Shown: positions 12,011 to 24,400 of the stretch, piece by piece
How positions within the stretch are numbered: position 1 is the stretch's first letter
Layout: the number at the start of each line of letters is the position of its first letter
From: Macrostomum hystrix
Lineage: Eukaryota > Animalia > Platyhelminthes
Assembly: GCA_950097015.1 (NCBI GenBank)
Contig: CATNEN010000025.1
Location: 4,464,001 to 4,528,000, forward strand
Reading direction: 5' to 3'
Length of the DNA stretch: 64,000 nucleotides
The notes under the pieces: generated by a model
The model's database searches: none
Told to the model about the DNA's origin: nothing
Seen by the model: the letters and a program-made list of their open reading frames with translations, nothing else
Made by a program: the position numbers and the translations under genes

Positions 12011-13134
12011 CCCAGCTCTGGGAAACAATTTATGTCTTTTAGCAAGACACTATTGCTGGCCCCCTGTCCATGGACTGTACAGTTGTACACAGCCTTTGGA
12101 CAGTATATATGCCCTGCGGCTGTACTACTGACTGCAGTTCGATCGAATGACTTGAATTATAATGTTTGAGAGTCACTTTCAGTGCTGTCACAAGTGTATT
12201 TTAAAGCACTACAATGTGTTAATTCTAGCTTTCTTACTGGATACATCCAATGCTGCATAGAGCCTTCTCAGCGAATCATCTTGCTGATGGGCATTGTGAA
12301 GTGTACTCAGAGCCATCAGTACTATGGCTGCATTGTCAAGGCTGTTAAAAAAAACTGAACGTTAAATGCTTGCGCTTTTTGACAACAATGGCAAAGCAAT
12401 TAAGTCTCTGGGGCCATTTTAGGAGACTCAGAATCCACTTAGGAGTTCGCGTTATGGCCCTGTTGTATTTGGAAACAATCGGTTTAGATTGAGTAAGCTG
12501 GTACCACCAGTAAGCAGCAACACCATTTCACAGTTTATAACTAATAGTTTTATACTTGTGCCATTAGGGCCGACTAGTCCTTTGTTTGTCTCTGTGCAGG
12601 TACCGCCGACATTTTGGCTGCTCATTGTTTTTTGCTTTGTTCTACTGCAGTTCGTGGTTTAATTGCTTTTTTTTCAGACTGCCTGGAAGCAATGCAGGCT
12701 TGGAAATCTGTTTGGGATGTGATTTGGTGTCGTGAACTGTAATGCTTGACATGAGGAATACAATTCAGAAGGTACCAGTCAAGAAGGGCTAATGTTTCTA
12801 ATGATTTTGGCTGTGTCTAACGTTTTTAATGTTTTTGGCTGATTCAATTTGCGATTAAGTGTACTCGCAGTAGCACACAACATTTTTTGACGTTGAGAAA
12901 TTTTGAAGTTTTGGGTAGTTTTGGGTACTAGGACTACTTAATCAGCAGCAGTAGAAAAAATATGTGTCTTTGTATGAGGCTTGGCCATAGAACAATATAG
13001 ATTTAGACAAGCCTTCTACTTTTTTCGCCATTATTTGGCTCGTTTTCCGTCCTAATTGATTAAATTGTCCTCGCTTCGACAAAGTCAAACTCGTACGATA
13101 CAAACTGAATACCCTATGATTATATAGTCTATGG

Positions 13135-13924
13135 CAGGGGTCGGCAAACTCCGGCCCGCGGGCCAGATGCGCCCACCGAAGCTCCCAAATCCGGCCCGTT
13201 GCCCATTCCGAGACCTACAGTATCCTGTCTCATCTCTCCCCTGTCAGATCTCTCCCCTGTCTCATCGCTCCCCTGTCCCCTGTGTCCTTTCTCTCCCGTG
13301 TCTCATCTCTCACGTGTCTCATCTCTCCCCTGTCCCCATCTCTCCCCTGTCTCATCTCACCCCTGTCTCATCTCTCCCGTGTCTCGTCTCTCCTGTGTCT
13401 CATCTCTCCCCTGTCTCATCGCTCCCCTGTCCCCTGTGTCCTTTCTCTCCCGTGTCTCATCTCTCACGTGTCTCATCTCTCCCCTGTCCCCTGTGTCCTT
13501 TCTCTCCCGTATCTCATCTCTCCCCTGTCTCAACTCTCCCGCGTCTCATCTCTCCCGTGTCTCATCTCTCCCGTGTCTCATCTCTCCCCTGTCTCAACTC
13601 TCGCGCGTCTCATCTCTCCCGTGTCTCATCTCTCCCGTGTCTCATCTCTCCCGTCTCATCTCTCCAGTGTCTCGTCTCTTCCCTGTCCCCATCTCTCCCC
13701 TGTCTCATCTCACCCCTGTCTCATCTCTCCCGTGTCTCGTCTCTCCTGTGTCTCATCTCTCCCCTGTCTCATCTCTCCCGTGTCTCATCTCTCCTGTGTC
13801 TCATCTCTCCCGTGTCTCATCTCTCCCGTGTCTAATCTCTTCATTGTCTCATATTTTTACAGTCAATGCGGCCCGCTGTCGTCTTTTAGGTTCTCTATTT
13901 GGCTAATAAGTTTGCCGACCCCAG
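13135..13924. mobile_element. Non-autonomous hAT (Charlie-like) element with an internal CT-rich tandem expansion (about 13225-13845)
   Basis: Left end CAGGGGTCGGCAAACT...GGCCCGCGGGCC; right end AGTTTGCCGACCCCAG (one mismatch). The 8-mer GTCTATGG is at 13127-13134 and again at 13943-13950. Confidence 0.8.
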
Positions 13925-14235
13925 TTTGTTATTGTCGTCGTAGTCTATGGTAGAAAGTCCGATAAGAATAAACATTAATAGCCGACATATGGTTACATAA
14001 TGAAATTTTGTGAGCAGAAATATTAAACTTATTTTGATGGTTTTTGCCACCAGCCACCACGACGACAATTGTTGAATCTTTGTGATTCTGGAAGATGCTG
14101 ATTAATCGGATATAGCGGAAAATTTTAGGCCATGTTCTGAATTTTCATGGCGATCGGTTAAATAGTTTGGGAGTTACAGAGAAAAAAAAATTGTGGCTAA
14201 TTGAAATACCCCCTTGGTATTTTTACTGTTAATTA

Positions 14236-14547
14236 GTATTTCTTTTCTCAACCTATCTCAGCCTACGAGCATCCGAACTCAGCTACCCCTAGAAATCAAT
14301 GGTGGCAAAGATGGGGGTTTGGCCCATAGACTGTCTCTTCGTGACAACCAAACTCAGCAGTGAGCAACCAAACTCAGCCATATGCGTTTTCCCTTGCCTA
14401 GCAGACCATATTTTGTTGCTCACTGCTGAGTTTGATTGTCACGAAGAGACAGTCTATGGGCCAAACCCCCATCTTTGCCACCATTGATTTCTATGGGTGG
14501 CTGAGATTGGATGCTCGTAAGCTGAGATAGGTTAAGAAAAGGAATAC
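14236..14547. mobile_element. Foldback / palindromic MITE-like element, about 135-bp arms
   Basis: 14236-14371 is nearly the reverse complement of about 14415-14547; no clear TSD. Confidence 0.75.
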
Positions 14548-14947
14548 ATCCAGGCTGCTAATAGTATTTTTCTTGCATAGATGTCTATGGCCACTCGTGG
14601 CCTGACAACTTACGCAGTCAAACACGGACTACATGTATTGAACCCAATTTCTTCATGCGAATGAAACAGCTCGTAAAGCTGCTTAGATGCTTATAGAAAA
14701 AAACATTAAGCAGACAAAGTGCTGTAAGCATCAGTTTTTACCATAGAGCTATCCCTAAGACTTCACACAGTAATCTGGCAAGATTTTAACTTGCAAATAT
14801 ACATCGGCTTGAAATTTTAACCATAGACAAGACTGTTCACAAAGAATCTAAATCTTCTCTCTTCTCACTTCTTGTGCTTCGATCCCATGTTAAATTTCTA
14901 GGCTAGAAGTTTAGCTACGAGCGCGTATATGCATTTACAAAGAATCA

Positions 14948-17609
14948 ATGAGTTGCCACGCTTCTACACTTGTTAAATCCTCCGGCGATCGAGAAGAGGC
15001 CAAACAGATCATGAAAGAATCAGCGGCTGCAGAGATCGATCAGGTCCCCAGCTGTGCTGGTCGATGTGAGACTGTGCTCTATGCTGTCGTCTTCGCAGCC
15101 GCCTTCGTGTATTCGGCGAATGACTTCTACTGGGAGATTGGGAGACAGCCTCAGAAGCGTGAGTTGATATCAATCTTTGGAGCCGAGCACATTTGAGTAT
15201 CGGATGATGAATACGAACCTGCCTACCACAACGCTTCGACGTGACTTTATTACTCCATTTTAATTGCAGATATCCCGATTGTACTTACTGAATCCAGGAT
15301 GGCTTACAGAATGGACTGTGAGTTCTCTGCCATCGTTATTCTATACTTTCGAATCATGATCTTGAAAATTAGCATAGTAACTATCTTTAGTCGTTAAGTG
15401 GTTTGGAGTGAGACAGAGAGTAGCACTGCCAGACAAAAGCTTTGCCCTTTTAAAAGAAATGTTTTAGCAATTAAATTTTATCAGCCCTCTCCATTTATCG
15501 ACAGGAATCGACTGAAGAAAGTGAAGAATCTATTTTGATAAAATACAGCAATAATTTCTTTGCTATGAGCATCGTGTTCCTATTGGTCAGCCGTGCGTCG
15601 ATACGGTTGCTACCCAGATCGGTGAGCGCCTATTAAGCGATCATATCTGTGCAGGAGAGGACTTAATATTATTATAGCAAAAGGGTGTGTTAGCATTGGC
15701 ACATCCTTTGGTGACAATGGACCCCGAGCCAGCGGGGAGGCAATTCTGCCTATTCCCCTGACTCCTGAGCACACACGAACACAGCTAGACCTGGCTTTCT
15801 CATTGTCAGGCAGTGTACTACGCCTTGGAGGTTGGCCCTCGTGTGCGCAGACTGCACGACCAGCCCTCTCTGCGGCTGCGCCCCCAAATGAATGCGGCCT
15901 CGCCTAGGAATCGAGCTCGGGGACCTTGGTGTTTGAGACAGAGCCATCCATGCTGACGAAAGTCGACGGAATGCTTGACAAATCACTGCGATACTCTAGA
16001 GACTGATAGTAGGTCGAAATTTGTATTTCGAAGACTAAGCTAATAAATATAAAGTCACAAACTGTAATTATAGTATTTCATTAAAATTAAATACGCACCT
16101 GGGCCAATCATCAGTAGTTTTTCATAATTTTCATTTTCATAGTTTTATTAAACTGCAGACTCACTACCTGATCACTGGAGGTTACACACTGGCCCTGACT
16201 GCTGCTATAACTGGACCCAGGGCGATGGTTTACATGCTACTGCTTCATTGCGGTGCAGTCATCATGGGATATTTCTCCCTCATTGGCGTCTGGCTACTAG
16301 TCTTGTGTGCAATGATCCTGCACAACAATCAATCAGAACGGTTGCTAAACATCTTTCTGAATATGAATGTCGATCAGACGTACTATTTCTATCCGATCAT
16401 TGGCTATCTGTACTGTCGGTCCATCTCAGCCGGTCACAGTCTCAACAAGATGCTGCGGCAGCAGAGACAGGAGACTCCGAACGAGGCTCCGAGTAGTCTG
16501 CTCAGCTTTCTCCGCCTCCACCTGCCGCGTGCCGTCGCCTACGGATTCTACATGCCCTGGCACTTCGCCGGTCCGATCCTCACGTTTTCCGAGTTCTGTC
16601 GGGAGGCCGAGAAAGCTGACAGACTTGCGTGGGACCGGAAGCTGGTGCTGCGTCTGCTGTGGAGAGCAGCTCGCTTGCTGTTGTGGTTGCTGCTCGTTCA
16701 GGCGCTGCACCACTTCCTTCCAGTCGGAGCGTTTCTCAGCAGCATTCAAAACCTCGACGCTGTACCCTACAACCAACTTGTGTTCGCTATGTACCTGTAC
16801 GGCCACAACTTCATGCTGCTGCACGTGCAGTTGTACGGATGGCCGGGACTCGTAGCCAGGATTGACGGACTCGAGCTGCCGCACTGGCCAGACTGCGTCA
16901 GCCGCGTCTACACCTACAGGCAGATGTGGCGAGTGTTCGACAGAGGACTCGCCGCATTCATGCACGAACACATCTACATCCCCATGGGAGGCAGCCGTCG
17001 AGGTCTCGTCAGGCAGGTGTCCGCTGTGATAGCCAGTTTCGCTTTCGTCTCGGTCTACCACGGCGATACGTACGGCATGCGGGTGTGGGCAGCGTTGAAT
17101 GCCCTACAGCTGCTCATGGAGAGGATGGTCTGCGCTCTGTACAGGGCAAAGCTCAAGGATTGGCTGGTGAGCGTTTTAGTTCTTCTATTTGATAAAGGCG
17201 ACGGTTTAGACGGTTTATAAGAAAGCATATATTTTTTTCTTATTCAGAGCAGATTTTTGCCTCCGAAGATTCACCAACGTCTGATTGCGTACATTGTTGG
17301 ATGCAACCTCATAATTACATCCAGCTTTATCTTCGTTTTCTTCTTAAACGGAGCTCATGCATTATTGCTAGTTGTGGAGATTTTGAAACCTGTGTGTTTA
17401 TACAGTAAGTTTAATACATTTATTTTGCAAAATTCGGTTAAAAAATTCTACTAGCTGAAAAATATATTTGTCTCTTATTAACGTGCACATCAAATCCAGG
17501 GCCATGGTGGTATCTTCTGCTGACTTTGGCCTTGTCCTACTGCAGCGTTCAGATTTCACTGTTCTATGAGAGCGCAACGGAGTGCAAAACGAAAACTAAG
17601 ATAGCCTAA
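14948..17609 (+). CDS. HHAT: Hedgehog acyltransferase-like MBOAT protein, copy 1 (6 exons; apparent 1-nt frameshift across the exon 1/2 junction)
   Basis: Exons 14948-15158, 15270-15317, 15505-15621, 16159-17166, 17248-17404, 17500-17609. HHAT/Rasp-like motifs GPILTFSEF, MWRVFDRGL, YIPMGGS, FVSVYHG (catalytic His), WAALN. Exon layout matches copy 2. Start codon uncertain. Confidence 0.85.
15722..15955 (-). mobile_element. SINE family B copy in HHAT-like copy 1 intron 3
   Basis: Shares GGCAATTCTGCC, TTTCTCAT.GTCAGGCAGTGTAC and GGAATCGAGCTC.GGGACCTTGGTG with other B copies. Confidence 0.75.
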
Positions 17610-18400
17610 ATTTAATATTACTATAGTCTGCAGACGAAGCGAAACGGAAGGCAATGTGGCATTATTCTGTTTAGATTGAAATTCAGTTACATAGTTTTAC
17701 TTCTGCCTGCATTTTTTCTCTTTTAATGTTTGACTTTGCTCGACAAGTGCACGAATTTTTCGCGATAGTTGCGCACTACTGTTATGTCTGATGTAAAATA
17801 AAAATTATATAAAAAACTAAAAATTAAATGATCTGAAATTTAAAATCTTAATCGTTAACGCTGAATATTTAACGATTTGTGCAACTCACTCAGTTATTTA
17901 CTGGGACAATTTATTTTATTAAGATTAATAAAAAAGAAAATATACGATAACAGAATATAAATTAGGCATCGTTTTTGTTTTTCTACTTAAACTGTTTCGT
18001 TGCAAAATTTAACATATAATCATAAAAGGACTGATTTTAAAAAGACTTTAAAAAGACTGTTAAATTACAAATTTAAAAGTTTTGAAATCGATATTTGATG
18101 TTAATCAAAGACAGTTTTTTATATTTTAATAGTTGTTTAAGATAGATGTTTGGGATTGCTTGGCATTGTACGAAATTTGTGACCTACGTAATAAAGCAGT
18201 GGCTAATAATTTACTAATAATAATTAATATTCATTCACAACTTATGTAATTATTATAATCTAGGACCATATTAGCTATTGTACTTTTGTAATAAGTAAAG
18301 TTATTGTCTCTTTAAACGGTTTTAGATTGATATTATATATCCAATTTGTCCTGTTGTTGTCACTGTCGTGAATTCGTTAAATATTTAGGCTATAAAAAAA

Positions 18401-19041
18401 GGCAGAGCATATTCCCACGGTCCCATGCCGATAATTTCAATTTTATCCACACGGATCCGTGCCGATAATTTTCTGCTTATCCACACGGCAGCTTGTATAA
18501 ATAGGTCTACAACTCTTTATATATGCCGTGCCGTTAATTTCAATTGTATCCACACGGTTCTGTTCTTTGAAACGAGGCCCTTTCAGATTTGAACGTTTTG
18601 TTGAACCCTCGAGCCAATAGATCGACAAAGTTGCCAGTGTGTTACGACAGTGTTCTACATTTCGACCTACACATTAATTAACCGACATTAATGTCATCCT
18701 CTTTAATTATTTTAATAACAACTTACTAAATCTTTTGTCATCGTTACGTGTTTTCATTCGAATTGTATTGACTTAAAAAGTAAAAAGTCTATCAAAGAAA
18801 ATCATACGAGTCAACCAGCAGAATTCTAGTCAGCACCAAACTCGTCACACATTATACATCATTGTTATTCTTTTACACTATTCATTGATAGTGTACACTA
18901 TACACTATACTCTGAAGCAAAAGCCTTATGCTCAGAGACGAATTAGAATAGGTAGGGACTTGAAAGTAGACCCATTCATACAAGCTGCCGTGTGGATAAG
19001 CAGAAAATTATTGGCACGGGACCGTGGGAATAAGCACTTCC
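18401..19041. mobile_element. Non-autonomous TIR element, Mutator/MULE-like
   Basis: About 90-bp imperfect terminal inverted repeats starting GG (…TATTCCCACGGTCCC…CTTATCCACACGGCAGCTTGTAT…). 9-bp direct repeat ATAAAAAAA at 18392-18400 and 19042-19050. Superfamily inferred from TSD length. Confidence 0.7.
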
Positions 19042-20654
19042 ATAAAAAAAGGCTTATGTGCCCTATCTGACTTTTTTGGTCTGTTACATTTTTACTAAGT
19101 TTGACAGTAAGTTTGAGTTGTGTTTGTATTGCACTTAAGCTTAAAACAAAAGTTTAATAAATGATTATATACCAATTTTTTTTATATTTTAGTTCTTTAA
19201 ATAGGGGCCTATGTGAATTTCAAGAAGAAAAATAATGTACAGTAAGGCTTAAACAAACCTCCAGCCTATGGGCCAGATACAACCCTTAAAGCTCAAAAAT
19301 CTAGCTCCCTTTTAACATATATTCATAGGTCTACTCTGCTCTGCCTCATCTCCAGTGAAATTGGAGCTAGCTAGGAAGTAACAACTGTCTAATGTCTCAT
19401 CTCTCCCCAGTCTCATCTCTTCCCTGTCCTATCTCCCAATTTCTCACCTCACTTGACACTTTTTGTCTTAATTCTTCTATCTGAACTATAAAATTCATTG
19501 CAATAACCATTCTAGCCTCCTATGAGTGAGTCATTGGGAGTGAAGGACTCTAATTAGTTAATATGATCCACAAAGTTAAACTAATTTATTCAACTTATCT
19601 AGTGTCAAACATGAATATTAAAAAGTTTATATACAGCTAAAAATGTAAATATTAGTAACAAAATAAGCAGTTTTTAATTAGTAAATTTTTTTTCAAGTTT
19701 ACTTTTAAGCAAACTTTTTAAACATAATTTACAAATGAAAACTTCAATTTTCTGCTTAATTTCAGTATTGTGATGCAATAAGTGAGTGACAAGCGCTATC
19801 TTTGTTTTCCAGTGGTCACTGAAATGGATAAAAATATGCTACTTGTTGGACGGGTGAGTCTTTGATACATTTTACTTTTTTTCTGTATGGAATTATTTGT
19901 AAATTAGAAAAATGAATTAGAAAACTATTAAATGAAATTCTATGTAAATTGAAATATTAGTAGTTTTGTTAAGTTCAATTTTATTTTAGATACTGCATAC
20001 TAAATATTTCAATCCCTTTCAAATTTTCTAACTTTGTTGATTGCAAGGATAGCTATAAAGCAATTTTCGTCTATGTTTGTTACTTCTCTTTTAGAATCTG
20101 CACCTTTGATCTGTGATCGCATTGATTTTTACTCAATATTTTCTGTTGTATTTACTAAAGTAAGTGATTTATAGTTTACCTTTCTAGGCGTATTTTAAAA
20201 GAAAGCTTAAAAAATTGTTCCAAAAGAAAGTTTTGCTTATAATACTAATTATTTAGGCTAAAACTATTATTAACCCACTAAGAGTGCATTGCACAAAATT
20301 AATTAATGCATTTGATGTGCTAAGAGCCCAACTTACCTTTCAATAATTGCGTGCCATTTTGTACTGGTTAACTAACACTAGCCAGGGAATCGAACTTCGA
20401 ACTTTTCACATTTATTAGGATTTTATTGCAATGTTTTTCATCGGCCTGTCGTATTGCAGTTGTGCGAGAGCGCCTATCCGGCTATCAACAGCTCAGCCCT
20501 GCCGCGCTCCGTCAGTTTTCCACGCGAGATGGCCGAATCTACGGCTCAGGATTTGGCCTACGATGAGGACTTTATGCAGCCATTCGAGCCGCTAGCCTGT
20601 TAGTGATGCCTTTCTCTTGATTTTTTTGCGAACAACTGCAGGAACCGGAAGACG

Positions 20655-21168
20655 AAAGGAATGAACAGAATGAGAGTGTGACAAGAAAGAAATGAACAGA
20701 ATGAGAGTGTGACAAGAAAGAAATGAACAGAATGAGAGTGTGACAAGAAAGGAATGAACAGAATGAGAGTGTGACAAGAAAGAAATGAACAGAATGAGAG
20801 TGTGACAAGAAAGGAATGAACAGAATGAGAGTGTGACAAGAAGAGAATGAACAGAATGAGAGTGTGACAAGAAGGGAATGAACAGAATGAGAGTGTGACA
20901 AGAAGGGAATGAACAGAATGAGAGTGTGACAAGAAGAGAATGAACAGAATGAGAGTGTGACAAGAAGGAAATGAACAGAATGAGAGTGTGACAAGAAGGA
21001 AATGAACAGAATGAGAGTGTGACAAGAAGGAAATGAACAGAATGAGAGTGTGACAAGAAGGAAATGAACAGAATGAGAGTGTGACAAGAAGGAAATGAAC
21101 AGAATGAGAGTGTGACAAGAAGGAAATGAACAGAATGAGAGTGTGACAAGAAGGAAATGAACAGAATG
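20655..21168. repeat. 31-bp minisatellite (GAACAGAATGAGAGTGTGACAAGAAGGAAAT)
   Basis: Direct periodicity. Confidence 0.96.
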
Positions 21169-21411
21169 GCGAGAGTTTAGCAAAATCAAAATAAGAAAGT
21201 ACGCGTACAACGGTCTATCTACGATAAAACGATATGACGAAACGTGGGAGAGATTACAGATAAGTCGACAGTTAGTGCATTGTGTTCGTTCACTTGCCCA
21301 TTGCCGACGCCGCAGATCACTCAGGCAGTCGGGCTGGTCATCACTCCGGCCTGGACTCGGCTGTATCCAACTTGGACCTGTTTGCCCAGCTCGAGCTAGC
21401 CCAGCACCTAG

Positions 21412-24400
21412 GACTACGTACGCTCCGGTGCCAATCGATTTTCTTCAGCAAATGCCGCGGCTGCTGCTGCTGCTGCTGGCTTTGCTGTTGCTGCGGCCGC
21501 AGGGGGTTCGCCAGCACGCTTAGCCAACTCGTCAATGTCTGACCAGATGTCGCGCAGTGATTCGTGTTTAGCTGCCGTCGCGGCCGCGGCTGCCGACGCC
21601 GAAGCAGCCGGTGTCGGTAAGCCGCTATTTGATCCCGAGGACGATGCGGCCGTCGCCTTAGCAACTAACATTGACGGCGGCATGGCAATCAGCATCGGGC
21701 AGAGCCAATCATCGGCTAATGTACGCCAGATCCTAGGCAAGAGCGCCAGTCCCAACTATCAGGTTGTGGTTGGCATGGACGCTTCCGTTGCTATGAGCGG
21801 GACCAGCGCCGGCAGTAACATGAGCACCTGGATGGCTCTGGCAAAATCTAATAAACGGTTTGTCAGCACCAGCGATCTCGAGGCCAGCGACGCCACTGTT
21901 GACGAAGCCAGGCCGACTGCCGCAGCCGCCGCGCCCACCAAGCCACCTATGACCACCTGGACTGCTGTGCGCACCTCCTCTATTAAGGATATCGCCGCGG
22001 CCTCCAGCTCCGCCGGTGCCACTAAAACCTGGGCGGGTCAGCAACAGCAGCAGCAGCCATCTAATAACTCAGGCGGGGAGAGCGCTTGGCGTCAATTGAA
22101 ATCAGCCGGTGGTAGTCGCCTAGTTTCCTGGCAAGAGTTAAACAGAATTGTGCGAGACGCAAGACCGTTGGACGCCGCTGATCAGGTGAGAGTACGGGAG
22201 ATCCGATTAGCCTCTGTTATTATATATAATAAGCCAGTAGACGCAGCAGTTGAAAAAACATAGGCTGCGGGTCTGGTGTCACCAAATGATGTGCCATTGC
22301 CCACAGCCCTTATTATTTATGTTTTTGTATTATGCACCAACTCACCGTTCCACACAGAAATCTCGTCACGAGATGTCATCAAGCACTACCCAGCAGACCG
22401 CCGTTGCCTGGCGCAAGCAACAGCAGCCGGAGCAGCCCAAGCAAGCTCAACAGCAGACTGAGGAGGAACAGCTGCTGCTACAACAGCAACAGCTGCGCCA
22501 ACAGCAGCAGCAGAATCGGTATTCTGGCACACTGTTGGAATTATTCAAACGCGCCACTAATACTCCAACGGCATCGTCTATGGCAACTGCTCCGGCTGCT
22601 CACAACCAGGCGGCCGCGGTGCTAGCGGCTCAGCCGGAATCCACTTTGCGTTTCCTACACGGCGGCGGGCCCGGCTTTCGCGAATTTCGCCGACGCGCCC
22701 GCGAACTAGTGGATCATCAGCAGCAGTTCCCGACTGGCGCGCGTCGATCACTCAACTCCCGCGGCTCCGGCGTCGGCCGTAGCAACTCAGATCTTCAGCA
22801 CGGTAGGCGCGCTGGCGCCGCGCACGAGCATCTTCCCAGTTTGGGATTTCTGCGCGACTCCCTGCCGCTGGGAGAACCGTCAACTTCGGCGTCTATTTTC
22901 GATCCAGCCGGCGACTCGGGCATCGGGACGGCAGTCGGCGATGGCAGCGTGTCAACACCTGCAGCTAGCTCCGGTGGACCAAGCTTCGTCTGTAGAAATT
23001 GCGGCCATCCGCAGCATCAGCAGCAGCAGTCCAAGCGAGGATCCGGCGTCAAACAGAAAAGATCGCAATCGTTGGACACAACCGCTGTTGTCCGCAGGCC
23101 GCCGCTGCTGCCGCCAGCCGCTGACGAGGTAAGTCAACGCTATCGACGTGTAGTGTGGCAGTGCAGTTTTCATGAGAAGTATCTATATACATATATAAAT
23201 GCGCAATGAGAGAGAAGTGCAGCAAAGCCTAATTCGCCCTAGCGCGCACGCGTTCGCTAAACAGAAGTGAGGGGCAAGTCATGCTGGAATGAGGGCAGAG
23301 CCCAAATGGCCTGCAAATCAGCCACCAGAGAAGGAGTTCGGCCTTCGTCACGGCGTAGCCGCTCAGGAGGCTGGTGCAGGAGGACCAGCGACAGCGGGTT
23401 CTGGTCGCCGCGGCCATGGCTTCGCAGACAATAATAGCCCAGCAGCATTTGACGCCGCCGGCGCCGGGTGTTGCTCAGGGCTGGGACACCAGCGCGGGCC
23501 ATCAGGTCTCTGGACGGCAGTTTCTCCGAGTAGCGCAGTACGGAGCTACTGCCTATGCTGCTCTGACTTCACTCATAATGCCAATGGTTAACTTTTTCAA
23601 CGGTAACTGATTTAACAATCAATATTTTGACTTAGCTTTGAAATAATTTATCACCAAAACTACTAATTAACCAGGCCGATGGCAAATCCGCCGAGCGACA
23701 TCGACGCGCCGCTGCTCGACGCCGGCTGGCGGCGGCGGCTGATTCGGCAGGCAAAAAGCAGCGGGCTCTAGGCGGAGGCGCTAAGCGGACGCGCAGCGAG
23801 CCGCACCGTCTGGCTGGCGCCGCCGGCCTGTCCGGTGTGTACGAGATGACGCAAAGCCTCACAGACTCGCAGGAAGATGAGGCTGCGGCGGCGTCGACAA
23901 ATGCCGACGATCGGCAGCAACGATCGAACAAGAACTCGTCGGCTGGGCAGCGAGACTACGCCGACGATGACGACGAAGGTGGGGGCGGTTTTCGCGCCAA
24001 GAAGTCTGTATCATTCTGCGACCGGATTCAGTTTCACAGTCCGAAGGGCAGAGCGCCTGGCAGTCCAACTGGTGGTCAGGTTTGGCGCGCTGTCGGCTCC
24101 ACAGCCGATCTTGGCGGCGTTGGTGCAGGCCAGCCAGCCAATTTCGGCGACGCGCCTCACCGGCAGCAGACCCTGCTGCGTAGGCCGCTTAGCTTGCAAT
24201 TGAACTACGATGTGCAGGTTTGTTTTCTTAGCTAGTTTTTAGAGGCTCGTTGCCATTGCGAAAAGCACATAATAAACGTCAATTTTTTCATTTGAACGTG
24301 TCCCTTTCATTTTCTTGTGCAAACAATTCTATCCAGTTTTTCATGCTTTTAAAGTATTCGTGAACTTTAAAAATTAGTCCTGAAATTTAAACGAACTCGC

